The translations under genes were made by a program, and so were the position numbers. A DNA stretch of 62,809 nucleotides, the filler included, from Clostridia bacterium (lineage in GTDB: Bacteria; CBDUZB01; JAGLHV01): assembly GCA_030637025.1 (NCBI GenBank). It is 7 parts of 7 records of this genome, joined end to end, with 100 filler letters (N's around TTAATTAATTAA, not from the genome) between each part and the next. Parts side by side here need not be neighbours in the genome. Positions count along the whole stretch, not along the records: positions 1 to 11,090 come from DAOVVV010000053.1; 6 more parts are not named here. The stretch is one strand, 5' to 3'. Shown one piece after another: positions 1 through 9,461 of this stretch. Every line of letters starts with the position of its first letter. Positions within the stretch are counted from its first letter, which is position 1. The notes under the pieces are model-generated. The model was given only the letters and a program-made list of their open reading frames with translations, was not told the DNA's origin and did not search any database.

Positions 1-691
1 CTATAGGTGTTTGTTGTATAGAAGATTGCTGATCGAGAGCTTGTTGGACTATGCTTTGTTCATCAACGGGTTGTTCAACAGAAGGTTGTTCGGGAACAAT
101 TTGTTCTGTTGGTGTTTGTTGTATAGAAGATTGCTGATCAAGAGCTTGTTGGACTATGTTTTGCTCATCAACGGGTTGTTCAACAGAAAGTTGTTCGGGA
201 ATAATTTGTTCTGTTGGTGGGGGTTCTATATTATTTTGTTTATCAGCAGGTTGTTGGTCATCCGGTTGTTCATCAATGGGTAAAATAGATTCTAAGGCCT
301 CTTTGACCTGTTGTATGTGAGAAGAAAAGCTTTCTTTTTTTTGGATTGTTTCCGGCTCAAGTATTTGTTTTATTCTCTCTTCTCGTTCTTTTTCTATCAA
401 CAGTTCTTTTACTTCGGTAGTTGTTTCTGTTTGTTCTTCCGGTGTTTTTTCTTGAGTTCCAATGGTTGGGTCCGGATCTTGTACCAGTTTTTCTTCCAGA
501 TAATCTACGATTTTTTTTAGCTGATTTTCTATGGGAAGGACATCTTCCGGATCTTTGTTTTTAATTGCATTGTCTTTTGTAGGAGGTTTATAAAAGACTT
601 TTATTTCTTCCTGGTCTTTGATGTCATTAGCGTCATTGTTATTATTATCGTTATTATTATCGTTATTATTATCGTTATTATTATCGTCCAT
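1..691 (-). CDS. Acidic low-complexity (Q/E/P-rich) protein, N-terminal part; runs off the window edge and is absent from the ORF track
   Basis: Manual translation from ATG at 691 (MDDNNNDNNN...KDQEEIKVFYKPP...) stays open to position 1. It has an upstream promoter and an AGGAGG, and both repeats are in frame. Confidence 0.8.
   Translation of the reverse strand, partial: MDDNNNDNNNDNNNDNNNNDANDIKDQEEIKVFYKPPTKDNAIKNKDPEDVLPIENQLKKIVDYLEEKLVQDPDPTIGTQEKTPEEQTETTTEVKELLIEKEREERIKQILEPETIQKKESFSSHIQQVKEALESILPIDEQPDDQQPADKQNNIEPPPTEQIIPEQLSVEQPVDEQNIVQQALDQQSSIQQTPTEQIVPEQPSVEQPVDEQSIVQQALDQQSSIQQTPI
6..218 (-). repeat. 105-bp (35-aa) coding tandem repeat, at least 2 copies
   Basis: GGTGTTTGTTGTATAGAAGATTGCTGATC recurs at 6 and 111. 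Unit PTEQI(I/V)PEQ(L/P)SVEQPVDEQ(N/S)IVQQALDQQSSIQQT. Confidence 0.9.
638..688 (-). repeat. 12-bp tandem repeat (GATAATAATAAC)x4 encoding DNNN
   Basis: Directly visible just after the start codon of the minus-strand ORF. Confidence 0.9.
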
Positions 692-815
692 TTTTTTTGT
701 ATACTTTAAAATAACAAATTTTAAACAGTATACTTTCCTCCTTTTTTAAAGTTTCCGGAAAACAGATATTTTAAAGACTAATATTTTATTAAATTAAATC
801 CAATAAGACAACATA

Positions 816-844
816 AATATACCATTCCTTTTCTATTTTGTCAA
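816..844 (-). promoter_or_regulatory. Sigma70-type promoter of the 691 ORF
   Basis: TTGACA-17 nt-TATATT with extended -10 TG on the minus strand. Confidence 0.7.
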
Positions 845-1053
845 GAAAATCAAAGAGTATTTTAAAAAGATAAATATTATGATTTTTGAAGAAGGGTAAT
901 TGTTTTTTAACAGAGTTAGTTTGTATTGAATTTTAATGATAAGAAAAAAGAAATTGGCTAATCCAAAATAATTTATTTATAGAGGAAACGTGCTTAAAAA
1001 GTAAAAGCCGGAATAATTTTTGGGAATTAGATATTTCTTAAGAGGAAAAGTAA

Positions 1054-1082
1054 TTGACAAGCATTAAATTTTATGTTAATTT
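1054..1082 (+). promoter_or_regulatory. Sigma70-type promoter upstream of dusB
   Basis: TTGACA-17 nt-TAATTT with extended TG. Confidence 0.5.
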
Positions 1083-1249
1083 ATAAAAAAAATAAAAGGC
1101 AGCTGGACATTTAAAGACTAAAAATTAAGTATAATTGTCTTTTAAAGTGTTTCTTTAGGTTATAAAAATAATTCTGTACAAGAAAAAGGTATTTTGATTG
1201 CGAAAATATTTATTTAAAGGAAAAAAAAGAATAAAAAAATTAATTTAGT

Positions 1250-1290
1250 ATCCAGAGATTTTAGAAAAAATCTTTGGATTTTTTCTTTTT
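1250..1290 (+). terminator. Intrinsic-terminator-like hairpin in the dusB leader
   Basis: ATCCAGAGATTT...AAATCTTTGGAT stem followed by a T-rich tract. Confidence 0.5.
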
Positions 1291-1308
1291 AATTAAGGGA
1301 TAAATAAT

Positions 1309-2274
1309 ATGTCTGAATTTAAAATAGGTAAACTTACGCTTAAAAACAATGTGCTTTTATCTCCGTTGGCAGGAATTTCAGATTTACCTTTTAGAATAAT
1401 AAACCGCCAATTTGGTTGTCAATTTGCTTTTACCGAAATGGTTGATGCCGCTTCCATTAAATATCGCAAAGGGGTAAAAATTTGCAAGCTGGAGACAATT
1501 CCGGAAGATAGCCCCTTAGGAAGTCAATTGTTAGGACAGGATGCCGGGATAATGCTGGAAGGGGCTTTATTTCTTCAAGACCGGGGAATAGATTTGATTG
1601 AAGTGAATGCTTCTTGTCCGGCGAGGAAGGTAATTAAAAAAAAAGCCGGTGCTTTTTTAATGAAAAACACAGGAAGATTAAAAGAGATATTAAAATTATT
1701 GGCTAAAAATCTTAAAGTACCGCTTACCCTGAAAATTAGAACCGGGTGGGATGATAACAGCCTTAATGCTGTAGAAGTTGCATTATTAGCCGAAGATTGT
1801 GGAATTGATGCTTTAGTTATTCACGGGCGCCATTGCCGGCAAGGACATCAGGGCCCGGTCAATTATGCATTGATTAAAGCAGTTAAAGAACGGTTAAGTA
1901 TTCCGGTAATTGGTAATGGAGGAATATGGTGCGGGAGAGATGCTCTGTTGATGTTTGAGCAAACCGGTTGTGATGGGATAATGATTGCCCGTGGTGCACT
2001 GGGAAATCCATGGATATTTAAAGAAATAGATGTTTTTTTAAGTCAGGGAATAATTTTACCCCGGCCAGGCTGGGATAAGGTAAAGGATACGCTAATTCAA
2101 CATTTGCATTTTTTAATTAATAAAGACGGGGTCCCTTTGGCTATTATTAAAATGAGAAAATTTTTTCGGTATTATCTTAAAAACCTTTCGGGAAGAAAAA
2201 AAATAGTTTCTCTCCTGGATAAAGCTAAATCAGAAGAAGAAGTAATTAGCATGCTTAATTCTCTGCAGGATTAA
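1309..2274 (+). CDS. dusB: tRNA-dihydrouridine synthase (DusB/NifR3 family)
   Basis: Motifs LSPLAGISDLPFR, NASCP, KIRTGWD, IHGR, GNGGI, MIARGALGNPWIF. Confidence 0.92.
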   Translation: MSEFKIGKLTLKNNVLLSPLAGISDLPFRIINRQFGCQFAFTEMVDAASIKYRKGVKICKLETIPEDSPLGSQLLGQDAGIMLEGALFLQDRGIDLIEVNASCPARKVIKKKAGAFLMKNTGRLKEILKLLAKNLKVPLTLKIRTGWDDNSLNAVEVALLAEDCGIDALVIHGRHCRQGHQGPVNYALIKAVKERLSIPVIGNGGIWCGRDALLMFEQTGCDGIMIARGALGNPWIFKEIDVFLSQGIILPRPGWDKVKDTLIQHLHFLINKDGVPLAIIKMRKFFRYYLKNLSGRKKIVSLLDKAKSEEEVISMLNSLQD

Positions 2275-2305
2275 AAGGTTATATGAAATTTATTATAAAA
2301 AATGT

Positions 2306-2334
2306 TGAATCGGGAAATATACTTTTGCATCTAA
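2306..2334 (+). promoter_or_regulatory. Possible autoregulatory ECF promoter
   Basis: TGAATC-16 nt-CATCTAA resembles TGAAAC-N16-CGTCTA-type ECF promoters and lies just upstream of the ECF gene. Confidence 0.3.
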
Positions 2335-2351
2335 ATAACTGAGGGGAAAAA

Positions 2352-2939
2352 ATGGTTGCAGATAAACAATTTTTAATTAAAAAATCCCAGGCAGGAGATT
2401 TACTTGCTTTTGAAGAATTAGTTAAGCGCTACGAAAAAAAGATTTATAATCTCGCCTGCCGGATAATGGGTAATCAGGAAGAAGCAAGCGATATTCTTCA
2501 GGAAACTTTTTTACAAGCTTTTCGTAAACTGGCAAGTTTTAGGGGAGAAGCTGATTTTTCTACCTGGCTATACCGTATAGCGGTTAATCTTTGTTTTATG
2601 AAAAAACGAAAGGGTAAAAAAATGAAAGTTTTTTCTCTGGATGCGCCTATTTTAACGGATACGGGGGATTTAAAAAAGGAAATTCCTGATAATTGGTCAA
2701 AAAACCCTTTAGCTTCTTTGGAGAACAAAGAATTAAAAGAGTATTTAAATAAAGCAATAAATCAACTTTCTCCGGAATATAAAACAGTATTTATCTTGCG
2801 GGATGTAGATAAATTATCTAACACGCAGGTGGCTAAAATTTTAAAGCTTTCCCTTTCTGCGGTTAAATCCCGTGTACATCGAGCGCGTTCTTTTTTACGG
2901 CATAAAATTTCATCGTATTTTAAAGAACATAAGGAGTGA
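2352..2939 (+). CDS. ECF RNA polymerase sigma factor (RpoE/SigW-like)
   Basis: Region 2 (DILQETFLQAFRKLASFRGEADFSTWLYRIAVN) and region 4 (SAVKSRVHRAR). Confidence 0.93.
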   Translation: MVADKQFLIKKSQAGDLLAFEELVKRYEKKIYNLACRIMGNQEEASDILQETFLQAFRKLASFRGEADFSTWLYRIAVNLCFMKKRKGKKMKVFSLDAPILTDTGDLKKEIPDNWSKNPLASLENKELKEYLNKAINQLSPEYKTVFILRDVDKLSNTQVAKILKLSLSAVKSRVHRARSFLRHKISSYFKEHKE

Positions 2940-2945
2940 AAATCA

Positions 2946-3185
2946 ATGGATTGTGAGGAATTATTTTTTATTTTATCCGATTACTTTGATCAGGAATTGG
3001 AAATGGAACTTTATGATGAAATGGAGGAACATATAAAGACTTGTTGTTATTGTGAGTTTTTGTTTGATACCTTTAGTAAAACACTGGAACTTTGTTCTGA
3101 GATGGAACAATTAGAAGTTTCGCCGGAAGTTCATTTAAGAATTATACAATTAATTCGTATAGAAATAGAAAATGACACAAGGTAA
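2946..3185 (+). CDS. Soluble zinc-binding anti-sigma factor (zf-HC2/ZAS)
   Basis: MDC...LSDYFDQEL...HIKTCCYC (HxxxCxxC); directly downstream of the ECF gene; no TM segment. Confidence 0.88.
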   Translation: MDCEELFFILSDYFDQELEMELYDEMEEHIKTCCYCEFLFDTFSKTLELCSEMEQLEVSPEVHLRIIQLIRIEIENDTR

Positions 3186-3277
3186 ATCTTTTTTTAAAAA
3201 ATACATCTAATATAAGTTAACCGCCTTAAGCAATTTCACTTTATTTTTGTTCTACCTTACACCAAAAAATTTCATTA

Positions 3278-3306
3278 TTGACTTTCTGTTGTTTTGATGT
3301 TAATTT
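3278..3306 (+). promoter_or_regulatory. Sigma70-type promoter of the TPR lipoprotein gene
   Basis: TTGACT-17 nt-TAATTT with TG; the same architecture occurs at 45218. Confidence 0.55.
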
Positions 3307-3348
3307 TTTTATATAAAGGCTTGCTTTTTAAATAGGGAGAAAAAACAA

Positions 3349-4431
3349 ATGGTTTTTTCTAAAACAGCAGTAGTTTTAATCGGTATTAGTTTTTTATGCA
3401 GTTGTACGTCATCACAAAATAATAAAGAAATAAAAGAGAATAAGGAAGTAGTAAAAGTTAATCCCAATAAGGCGGAATTGCATTATATTTGTGGGGTGGG
3501 TTATCATAAGAAAGGATTATATGATAAAGCGATAAAGGAGTTTAAAGAAGCCATAAGGATAAATCCGGATTATGTAAATGCTCATGAAAATCTTAAGGTG
3601 GTTTGTGAGGAGAAGCTTTTATATAATAGAGCAATAGAAGAATTCAAAGAAACAATAAAAAATAATCCTTACGATGCAGACTCACATTTCGGTCTGGGAA
3701 TTGTTTATGAAGGGGGAGGGTTGTATAATAAAGCGATAAAAGAATATAGAAAGGTTATAAAGATAAATTATAATCATGCGGAGGCACATTATAATCTTGG
3801 GGTGGTTTATTATAAAAAAGGATTATATAGTAAAGCGATAAAAGAATATAGAGCGGTTATAAAAATAAGTTACAATTATGAGAAGGTACATTATAATCTT
3901 GGGATGGTTTATAAAAAGAAAGGTTTGTATAATAAGGCGATAAGGGAGTTTAAAGAGGCTCTAAGGATAAATCCCAATTATACAAAGATTCATAGTGATA
4001 TGGGGGATGTTTATGAAAAGAAAGGTTTATATGATAAAGCGATAAGGGAATATAAAAAGGTGGTGAGTTTGAATCCTGATTGTGCGGAAGCGCATTGTGG
4101 TCTTGGAGTAGCTTATGAAGGGAAGCGTTTGTATGATAAGGCGATAGAAGAGTTTAAAAAAGCGATAAGGATAAAGCCGTATTATGCAGATGCCTACAAT
4201 CGCCTTGAGGTGGTGTATAGTAAGAAAGTTTTGCAGGATAAGGAGATATGGGAATATAAAGAAGAGATAAGGATAAAACCTGATAATGCGGGAGCGCATT
4301 ATAATCTTGGGGTTAGGTATTCAATTTTAGGTAAGCGAAAAAAAGCTATGGATGAATACAACACATTGGAAAAATTAGATAAAAAATTAGCCAATAGGCT
4401 TTTAGATAAAATTAACAAAATTACGGATTAA
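3349..4431 (+). CDS. Tetratricopeptide-repeat lipoprotein
   Basis: Lipobox-like FLCSC; about 8-9 34-aa TPRs (AHYNLGVVYYKKGLY.KAI.EY). Confidence 0.88.
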   Translation: MVFSKTAVVLIGISFLCSCTSSQNNKEIKENKEVVKVNPNKAELHYICGVGYHKKGLYDKAIKEFKEAIRINPDYVNAHENLKVVCEEKLLYNRAIEEFKETIKNNPYDADSHFGLGIVYEGGGLYNKAIKEYRKVIKINYNHAEAHYNLGVVYYKKGLYSKAIKEYRAVIKISYNYEKVHYNLGMVYKKKGLYNKAIREFKEALRINPNYTKIHSDMGDVYEKKGLYDKAIREYKKVVSLNPDCAEAHCGLGVAYEGKRLYDKAIEEFKKAIRIKPYYADAYNRLEVVYSKKVLQDKEIWEYKEEIRIKPDNAGAHYNLGVRYSILGKRKKAMDEYNTLEKLDKKLANRLLDKINKITD

Positions 4432-4740
4432 CCAAAAAATAATTTAAAAACGTAGGAAGAAAAAATTCCTATTACCAAATGATTTGCCCTTTGTTAAAGA
4501 GCAAGGAATACTTTAACCAATAAGTTTAATTGGTTAGTATTTTTACAAGATTACTGCCAAAAATAACTCTCCTATATGTTAATCAAAGAAACTAAATATT
4601 GAGCAAAATAATTTTTTAGTTTAGAATATTCTTTACTTTTTAAATAAGTTTATGTTATATTAATCAGAATTAATCTGGGGATTGCTTTTTTAGTGAACCG
4701 GGAAAAAATAAAAAATAAAGAAAAGGATAGGTGAAAAATT

Positions 4741-6699
4741 ATGAACAGTTTGATTTTTCCGATTGTAGTAGGGTTCTTAGGGCTTTTATTTGCTGGGTGG
4801 ACATATTTGACGGTAAAGAAGAAGAATGAAGGTTCGGAAAAAATGAAAGAAATTGCTGAAGAGATTCATTTAGGAGCGATGGTGTTTTTGCGCAGGGAGT
4901 ATAAAATCATTGGTTTTTTTATTGTTTTGGTATTTATTGTTTTGAGTGTTTTTTTAAGTTTTTGGACCGGGATGGCGTATCTTTTAGGTGCGGGTTGTTC
5001 GATGTTAGCCGGTTTTTTGGGTATGCAGGCAGCGACCAGATCCAGTAGTCGTACCTGCCAGGGAGCTGTTACCGGAAAAATATCGGAAGCATTAAATATT
5101 GCTTTTTGCGGCGGTTCGGTAATGGGAATATCTGTAGCAGCTTTAGGTTTGATTGGTTTAGGTTTTACTTATATTTTAACTAAGAATCCGCTTATAATTA
5201 ACGGATTTGCCATGGGTGCCAGTTCTATTGCTCTTTTTGCCCGTGTAGGCGGTGGAATTTATACCAAAAGCGCGGATGTAGGAGCGGATTTAGTAGGTAA
5301 AGTGGAAGCGGGTATACCCGAAGATGATCCGCGTAATCCGGGAGTTATTGCTGATAATGTCGGAGATTGTGTGGGAGATACAGCCGGGATGGGAGCGGAT
5401 TTATTTGAGTCTTACGTCGGTTCGGTAATTGCTACTATGGCTATCGGGGCTACTCTGGCCAACCCTTTAAAATGGATGTCTTTACCCTTGTTTCTAATTA
5501 CTATCGGATTAGTTGCTTCGGTTTGTGGAATACTGTCTTTAAAAATTTTAAAGAATATAAAACCGCAATTAGCTCTCAGATATGCCACTTATATAGGGGG
5601 AGTTCTTTTTCTGCTGGGTGCCTATTTTATAATCGCTAAAACTTTTTCTTCGCTAAATTTATTTTGGGCTGTTTTAACCGGATTGGTTGCCGGAATGTTG
5701 ATTGGATTAGAAAGTGAATATTTTACCAGCGGCCCTCCTATAAAAAATATTGCTAAAAGTTGTCAATCCGGAGCGGCAACAAATATTATTACCGGTTTAG
5801 CCGTGGGTTTTGAAAGTACAATATTACCTGTTTTAACTATAAGTTTGGCTATTTATATTGCTTATTTTTTTGGAGGACTTTATGGTATTGGTATTGCCAG
5901 TGTAGGTATGCTGGCTACTATCGGTATAGTAATGTCTACTGATTCCTATGGCCCGATTGCCGATAATGCCGGAGGAATTGCCCAAATGTCCAAGCAGGGA
6001 CCGGAAGTAAGAAAAATTACCGATGAGCTGGATTCTTTAGGTAATACTACCGCTGCTGTAGGTAAAGGGTTTGCTATTGGTTCTGCGGCTCTTACTTCTT
6101 TAGCGTTGTTTTCTGCTTATCAGCGTACGGCGAATCTGTCGGTGATAAATTTAACCAATACTACGACGGTTATCGGCTTATTGTTAGGGGGGTTAATGCC
6201 CTTTATTATGGCCGCTTTAACCTTGAAAGCCGTAGGCAGGGCTGCTAACAAAATGGTAATAGAAATCAGGCGGCAATTTCGGGAAATTGTAGGTTTAATG
6301 GATGGAAAGGCAAAACCGGATACAAAAAGGTGTGTTGATATTGTTACCACCGGTGCACTTAAAGAAATGATATTGCCCGGATTGATTGCTTTACTTGCTC
6401 CTTTAGTAGTTGGTTTTGTTATGGGAAAAGAAGCCCTGGGCGGATTCTTGGCGGGGGCGACTACCTGTGGTGTTTTATTAGGCATAATGATGAGTAATGG
6501 AGGAGCTTGCTGGGATAATGCTAAAAAATGGATTGAGGAAGGAAATATGGGAGGAAAGGGTACACCGACTCATGCGGCAGCGGTGGTTGGGGATACAGTA
6601 GGAGATCCTTTTAAAGATACCTCCGGACCATCTATGAATATTTTAATAAAATTAATGGCCATAGTATCTTTGGTTTTTGTCCCTCTTTTTAGTAAATAA
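4741..6699 (+). CDS. hppA: Membrane-integral pyrophosphatase, K+-dependent, probably Na+-translocating
   Basis: [42 protein letters not shown] (Ala) marks K+ dependence; ADLFESY Glu as in Na+-PPases. Confidence 0.95.
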   Translation: MNSLIFPIVVGFLGLLFAGWTYLTVKKKNEGSEKMKEIAEEIHLGAMVFLRREYKIIGFFIVLVFIVLSVFLSFWTGMAYLLGAGCSMLAGFLGMQAATRSSSRTCQGAVTGKISEALNIAFCGGSVMGISVAALGLIGLGFTYILTKNPLIINGFAMGASSIALFARVGGGIYTKSADVGADLVGKVEAGIPEDDPRNPGVIADNVGDCVGDTAGMGADLFESYVGSVIATMAIGATLANPLKWMSLPLFLITIGLVASVCGILSLKILKNIKPQLALRYATYIGGVLFLLGAYFIIAKTFSSLNLFWAVLTGLVAGMLIGLESEYFTSGPPIKNIAKSCQSGAATNIITGLAVGFESTILPVLTISLAIYIAYFFGGLYGIGIASVGMLATIGIVMSTDSYGPIADNAGGIAQMSKQGPEVRKITDELDSLGNTTAAVGKGFAIGSAALTSLALFSAYQRTANLSVINLTNTTTVIGLLLGGLMPFIMAALTLKAVGRAANKMVIEIRRQFREIVGLMDGKAKPDTKRCVDIVTTGALKEMILPGLIALLAPLVVGFVMGKEALGGFLAGATTCGVLLGIMMSNGGACWDNAKKWIEEGNMGGKGTPTHAAAVVGDTVGDPFKDTSGPSMNILIKLMAIVSLVFVPLFSK

Positions 6700-6827
6700 A
6701 GTTTTTAAATTTAGACTTTATTGGTTAATAAACAGAAAAAAACAGTGAATGGATAATAATTTTTATAGAATTAACAGAAGGCTTAATTTGTGTAAGATAA
6801 AAATAAAATTTCGGAGGGAATAAATAA

Positions 6828-7238
6828 ATGTGTAATGAAAAAAAAGATGTTTTTAGTGGAAAAATTTGTGTAACGGCAGAGGATGGTAATTTGGATGCTC
6901 AGGTTGATCCTCGTTTTGGAAGGTGTCGGTATTTTATTATTATTACTCCTGAAACAATGGAATTTGAAGCAATAAAAAATCCTAATATGGAAGCAATGGG
7001 TGGGGCTGGTATTCAGTCAGGGCAGTTAGTGGCTGATAAAGGAGCAGAAGTTGTTTTAACCGGAAACATCGGACCAAATGCTTTTCAAACTTTACAGGCA
7101 GCGGGGGTTAAAGTTATTACCGGAGTAGAAGGGGAGATTAAGCAGGTAGTTTCCCGGTATAAGACAGGAGAATTAGTTCCTGATTCTAATCCCAATGTGG
7201 GGGAACACTTTGGAGTGCAGAAAAATAAAGACAAGTAA
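6828..7238 (+). CDS. NifB/NifX-family (FeMo-cofactor-binding-like) protein
   Basis: DPRFGRCRYF, GGAGIQ, GNIGPNAF motifs. Confidence 0.88.
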   Translation: MCNEKKDVFSGKICVTAEDGNLDAQVDPRFGRCRYFIIITPETMEFEAIKNPNMEAMGGAGIQSGQLVADKGAEVVLTGNIGPNAFQTLQAAGVKVITGVEGEIKQVVSRYKTGELVPDSNPNVGEHFGVQKNKDK

Positions 7239-7360
7239 TTATTAGACTGAAATAAGGATAATATTGTGGCAGCAGGTAATTAGATAAAATGTTATTTGCG
7301 GGGGATGTCTTTTTCATGGGGGGGGACCAAAGAATAGCGGGTTAGATTCCTTTTTTTCTC

Positions 7361-7389
7361 TTGACATTGATAAAGGATGTTTTTATAAT
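7361..7389 (+). promoter_or_regulatory. Perfect-consensus sigma70 promoter
   Basis: TTGACA-17 nt-TATAAT. Confidence 0.8.
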
Positions 7390-7457
7390 TAGAAAAAATC
7401 AGGAAAATTTATTTTTTGGTGTTATTGTGTGATGAGCAATCTATAATATAAATTTAT

Positions 7458-7493
7458 AAAAGACAGTCAGTTTTATACGGCTGTCTTTTTTTT
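7458..7493 (+). terminator. Intrinsic terminator about 100 nt after the 7361 promoter
   Basis: AAAAGACAGTC...GGCTGTCTTTT followed by a T run. Confidence 0.65.
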
Positions 7494-7558
7494 GTAGGAA
7501 GTTAAGTAATAATCAATAAAGTAAAGTTTTAATTTTGATAAATAAATATTATATTTAA

Positions 7559-7700
7559 AGAGTTCTGTAAAATACAATATTTTGTCATTCCGCTCCGCCT
7601 CAGGCGGATGATGCGGAATCTATAATTTTTTTAAATATCAATAGATTCCTGCTTTCGCAGGAATGACAATCAAGGTAAAAAGGCTATTTTGCAGAAGTTT
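7559..7700. mobile_element. MITE-like element carrying a GTCATTCC...GGAATGAC palindrome
   Basis: Imperfect terminal IRs (AGAGTTCTGTAAAATA / TATTTTGCAGAAGTTT) enclose GTCATTCCGC...GCGGAATCTAT and ATAGATTCCTGCTTTCGCAGGAATGAC, plus a TCCGCCTCAGGCGGA mini-palindrome. Confidence 0.6.
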
Positions 7701-7736
7701 AATTATATTGGAGAAAGAGAGGTTTTAAAAAAAGTA

Positions 7737-9461
7737 ATGATTTCCGATATTATTTTTGGATTAATAGGGGGATTAGCTTTTTTTCTTTTTGGAATGAAGT
7801 TAATGTCTGAAGGATTACGCAAAGTAGCCGGGGAACGTTTAAAGAAGATTATTCATCTTTTCACTAAAACACCGTTTATAGGTGTTTTAGTGGGAGCAGG
7901 GGTAACCTGTCTGATTCAAAGCAGTAGTGCTACCAGCATTATAGTTATTGGTTTAGTTAATGCTACTCTGCTTACGCTGAGGCAGGCTATCAGTGTAATT
8001 CTGGGAGCTAATATCGGAACGACCCTGACGGCCTGGTTGGTATCATTTATGGCGGTTTTTAAGATTACTCATTATGCTTTACCGGCGGTAGGTTTAGGTT
8101 TTGCCCTTAACAGTCTGGGAAAGACCAGAAAGACAAAAGAGTGGGGTGAAGTCCTTCTTGGTTTTGGAATTCTCTTTGTGGGTTTATCTATTATGAAAGA
8201 TAGTTTTGAACCTCTGAGCCATAGCGAAATGGTAAAAAATATCTTTATTAAATTTAGTGCTTATCCTATTTTAGGGGTTATTGTAGGAATGTTGGCGACT
8301 ATGATTTTGCAGTCAAGTAGTGCCACAATAGCCATAGTTCAGGTTTTGGCTTTTAATGGCTTAATCAGTTTTGAGGCAGCTATTCCTTTAGTCTTGGGTG
8401 AAAATATTGGTACAACTATTACTGCCGAATTGGCGGCTATCGGGACTAATCTTTCTGCCCGCCGGGCAGCGAGATCACATGCCTTGTTTAATATAATAGG
8501 GGTGGCTTATATGCTTATTCCCCTTTATTTGGGAATTTATTCGAAAGCTATTGACTATTTTTTTCCCGGCCCGGTGACCACGACAAATGTGATGATTCAT
8601 ATTGCTGTTGCCCATAGTGTTTTTAATATTTTTAATACTTTTGTGGTTTTTTTGCCTTTAATTGGGTGGCTGGAGAGAATGTCAATTAAAATGATTCCCG
8701 GGGAAGTTGAATTATTAGAATCGGTTCCCCGGTATTTAGAGAAACGTCTCCTGGATACTCCTCCGGTGGCTTTAGAACAAGCAACCAAAGAAATAGTACG
8801 GATGGCAGAAATATCCCGGGAAGCGATGAGTAATGCTGTAGAAGCCTTTTTTAATAACAATCAGAAATTGATAGCTAAAGCTTGTAAGAGGGAAGATGCC
8901 ACGGATGATTTACAAAAAGAAATAGCTCAATATTTAATAGAATTATCTCAGAGGAATTTAAATTCTTCCGAAGCGGAAGAATTACCGGTGTTACTCCATT
9001 CGATAAATGATATTGAAAGAATCGGAGATCACGCTGTAAATATCTGCGAATTAGCCGAGCGTAAAATAGAGCAAAAATTACCTTTTACAGCAAAGGCTAT
9101 TGAAGAATTAAAAACTATGTATCAGGAAATGGATAATATGACCGGAGAAGTTATCGAGGCTCTGGAAAATGATGATTTGGACAAAGCAAGAGCGGCATTA
9201 AGAAGAGAAGATATTCTTAACAAAATGCAAACAGACTTAAGACAAAGTCATGTTCAGAGATTAAATGATGGTAATTGTAAGCTTTTATCAGGACTTATTT
9301 TTATTGATTTTGTTGATAATATAGAAAAAGCAGGAGATCATTTAACCAATATCGCTCAATCTGTTTTGAGTGGTTTACGCTGGGCAGGGACAAATATAGA
9401 ACGGATTAAAGAAGTTGAAGTAAAAAATGAAGAAAGCGGGAAGGTGGAAAATTCGGTTTGA
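7737..9461 (+). CDS. Na/Pi cotransporter family protein with C-terminal PhoU-like domains
   Basis: Two QSSSAT and G(A/E)NIGTT repeats and DIERIGDH PhoU motifs. Start moved to ATG 7737 because the TTG at 7689 lies in the MITE end. Confidence 0.93.
   Translation: MISDIIFGLIGGLAFFLFGMKLMSEGLRKVAGERLKKIIHLFTKTPFIGVLVGAGVTCLIQSSSATSIIVIGLVNATLLTLRQAISVILGANIGTTLTAWLVSFMAVFKITHYALPAVGLGFALNSLGKTRKTKEWGEVLLGFGILFVGLSIMKDSFEPLSHSEMVKNIFIKFSAYPILGVIVGMLATMILQSSSATIAIVQVLAFNGLISFEAAIPLVLGENIGTTITAELAAIGTNLSARRAARSHALFNIIGVAYMLIPLYLGIYSKAIDYFFPGPVTTTNVMIHIAVAHSVFNIFNTFVVFLPLIGWLERMSIKMIPGEVELLESVPRYLEKRLLDTPPVALEQATKEIVRMAEISREAMSNAVEAFFNNNQKLIAKACKREDATDDLQKEIAQYLIELSQRNLNSSEAEELPVLLHSINDIERIGDHAVNICELAERKIEQKLPFTAKAIEELKTMYQEMDNMTGEVIEALENDDLDKARAALRREDILNKMQTDLRQSHVQRLNDGNCKLLSGLIFIDFVDNIEKAGDHLTNIAQSVLSGLRWAGTNIERIKEVEVKNEESGKVENSV

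Noticed and set aside
11-520. Plus-strand ORFs 11-283 and 311-520
   Set aside because: Antisense shadows of the real minus-strand repeat gene.
6828-7238. Nitrogen fixation suggested by the NifX-like and NifU-like genes
   Set aside because: Both families are widespread outside diazotrophs, and no nifHDK is present.
7280-7346. Short frame LDKMLFAGDVFF resembling a metallo-beta-lactamase-fold remnant
   Set aside because: Too short to support a call.
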